Below, one piece after another: positions 61,427 to 64,000 of a stretch of 64,000 nucleotides of DNA (positions are counted from its first letter, which is position 1; every line of letters begins with the position of its first letter). The translations under genes were made by a program, and so were the position numbers. Under the pieces are notes generated by a model that made no database searches, was not told where the DNA came from, and saw nothing but the letters and a program-made list of their open reading frames with translations. The stretch is from Podarcis filfolensis (Eukaryota): NCBI GenBank assembly GCA_964270895.1, contig OZ185437.1; one strand, written 5' to 3'.

Positions 61427-61709
61427 CTTTATTGGCCGAGGGAGCCGGCGTACAGCTTCCGGGTCATATGGCCAGCAAGACTAAGCTGCTTCTGGAGAAC
61501 CAGAGCAGTGCATGGAAATGCCGTTTACCTTTCCACCAGAGCGGTACCTATTTATCTACTTGCACTTTGATGTGCTTTCGAACTGCTAGGTTGGCAGGAG
61601 CAGGGACCGAGCAACAGGAGCTCACCCCGTTGTGGGGATTCGAACCGCCGACCTTCTGATCGGCAAGTCCTAGGCCCTGTGGTTTAACCCACAGCGCCAC
61701 CCGTGTCCC
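61427..61709 (-). mobile_element. Sauria SINE, subfamily A, lacking its 3' tail
   Basis: Head intact (…ACAGCGCCACCCGTGTCCC); the match stops at CTTTATTGGCCG. Confidence 0.88.
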
Positions 61710-61928
61710 TTTTACTTGGGGACATGGGGGGGGGCAAATGGCTTGGCTCCCATGTTGGTGCCCCTGCCGCATAACATGGTTAGTTCCTGGAAGAAGTCAC
61801 CATTCTCCTTAGACACTGATGGAGGGGGAAGTGTGGCGCTACATCTAGTAAGGGCATCCATAACCGACTCAGATAGCTGTACCCGTTCCAGTTATCAGAA
61901 GGGTTTTAGAAGTCCTGCACAAAATATA

Positions 61929-62216
61929 CCGTATTTTTCGCTCTATAAGACGCACTTTTCCCCTCCTAAAAAGAAAGGGGAAATATGTGTGTGTGTGTGT
62001 GTTATGGAGCGAATGCAGGCTGTGCAGCTATCCCTGAAGCCAGAACAGCAAGACGGATTGCTGCACAGCAATCCCTCTTGCTGTTCTGGCTTCAGGGATA
62101 GCCGCGCAAAGCCTCTTCAACAACATTTGATTCAGAATATTTTTTGTTTTGTTTTCCTCCTCTAAAAACTAGGTGCGTCTTATGGTCGGGTGCGTCTTAC
62201 AGAGCGAAAAATATGG
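61929..62216. mobile_element. Tc1/mariner (Tc2/Tigger-type) MITE
   Basis: TA|CCGTATTTTTCGCTCTATAAGACGCAC ... GTGCGTCTTACAGAGCGAAAAATATGG|TA. Confidence 0.88.
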
Positions 62217-64000
62217 TAACTAAGAAAAATAATCTTTTTTTGCTGCCAGCATATTACACCCTCACAATGCCTTTCACCTAGCAACACTGTGAGGCATTGC
62301 ATGTTTGTTGCAGAAGGGTGGGTGTGTAGCTGCCACACATAATATATATATATCTGGAAAGTATAAAGAGAAAGCAAAATTTGAGACATTTGATTCCAGA
62401 AATCTGAATCCTAAGATTAACATCAGTACAAAAGAGTTAGAGGAGGAACAAGATACAATTTTCAGGTTAAATAATTAACTGAAACATTTTCTGAAATTTG
62501 TTACTATGGATTGTATAGCTCCACAGATATTAATTTTAATCATATAATCTAATCTTTATTGATTTCTCACCTGCCACAATTTGGTATAAAATGTAACCAT
62601 GTTGTATCTTTTTTAAAATAAAAAAATGCTAGCTCAAAAATCACAATTTATTTCTGTGGCGAAACCTTCTATTGAAGTCACCCCTCATTTACCTCAGCAA
62701 TTGATCCCTTTAAATAGAAACAGAACCGTTAGCTTTGCTGGAGAGGGAGCACAGATAAGGAGAGGAGAGGACTTCAGTTCCTTCTCTAGAGTGATGAGTT
62801 TAACAACACCCTATGCAGAAGTGGGTTGTTTATTTGGCTTCCCACCCTCAAGCATGAGATAATTCTCCTAATGGAGAGATTTTATCTTGCTATTTCCAGA
62901 GGAAACCAGAACCACACTCCACTGCAGTCATCAATGACAGCTTCCCTCTACAACTTTGCTTCTCATTGGGAGAAAGATGACTGGTATTTCCAGGGAAGAT
63001 AGCATCCCTGAAACACTGTCAGTTCTTACAGGAAGCAAAGCCCAAGGTGGCATGGGTAGAAAAAAGCATTCACTACTTCAGGCCAGCGAAAGGTCGAAAG
63101 TCCAGGCATTCTCACTCTAATGAGTATACCTGGAAGGAAACCTCCTACGGTATGAAAAGAAATTGATTGGAGTGGGCCTGAATGCATACAACAAAGTGTC
63201 AGCGCCCCAATGAAGTTTTATGAGAATGACCTTTGAGGTCAGCTTGGATAATATCACAGCCTTGTGCTATATATCATACTGATAAATACAGCTGAAATTG
63301 CCTTGAGCGCCAACTTGCAGCTCAACTGGTTAATAATGAGAACAGAATGAACTTAACTACAGGCACATGGTGGGATTTCTAGTCTCAGATGTCTCCCTTG
63401 GCTTGTAGTTTCTAGTATGGACAAATACTTACGAGTGGCTGCAGAAATAAAACAAGCAAAATATTTTATATGCAAGAACAGTTGTTTTTTAACTGAATGT
63501 CTAAGGGTTCCTCTAAACAACTTATTTATTCAGCATTTCTCCTGGTTTGCATGCACAAAGCCTATGCACAGGTTATGTGGGACCTGGTCTTTGTTGAGTA
63601 TTTATTCTTATTTGTGGGGCAGATATGCTACAATCTGATTTTCTTGTGGGATGTTTCTACGTATTCTTATTAATCATTTACTCATTCTGCACCTTTCGCT
63701 GCATTTCCCCATTACCTTCCTAGAAGTCAGGTTTGGGGGGGGGTTGTGTGGATTTGTTACACTAGGGGGCAGATCCCTTTAATCCACTGTAATTTCTGGT
63801 ATGTGATTGAACAATAACAGTGTGAAGGAGCCCTAACAGGCTAATTTGGGACTATGCCAATATAGTCTCTGGATAGATAGTTGTGCAGAAACCTTATTTC
63901 TGGCTTTCCCCAGAAAACACCTTCAGAGACTGCTTAGATAGGTGGTTATTATGTTGTGGATCTGCAAAGTCCACTATTGACAGCACAATCCCCGCAAAAG

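Noticed and set aside
16312-64000. A second protein-coding gene downstream of CSMD1
   Set aside because: All longer ORFs are TE-derived or lack recognisable domains, and no consistent exon chain was found. Small exons could have been missed by eye.

Overview
Vertebrate genomic DNA. The repeat content (Sauria-type SINEs, a Bov-B fragment, tRNA-Lys/CR1-tail SINEs, Tigger and hAT MITEs) points to a squamate, probably a lacertid lizard (inference). Bases 1-~16.3 kb hold the last four coding exons of CSMD1 on the + strand (307-419, 2675-2762, 3551-3683, 11840-11999) and a ~4.3 kb 3' UTR. The remaining ~48 kb is intergenic, with no recognisable protein gene. It is rich in transposon relics: at least 7 Sauria SINEs, L1/L2/Bov-B LINE ends, several solo LTRs, MITEs, a U1 snRNA pseudogene and microsatellites. 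Highlights: (1) a fold-back Penelope-like insertion with a 15-bp TSD and an intact minimal hammerhead ribozyme motif on each strand; (2) a sense-oriented solo LTR in the last CSMD1 intron that supplies a splice acceptor, in-frame stop and polyA signal, so it could form an alternative last exon lacking the NPxY/PDZ tail; (3) a solo LTR with a reading frame open from its very edge, suggesting an accessory ORF running into the LTR; (4) a solo LTR with a long, hairpin-dense R region. No database search or folding computation was run. Family names come from recalled motifs, and coordinates were read by eye (some +/- a few bp).
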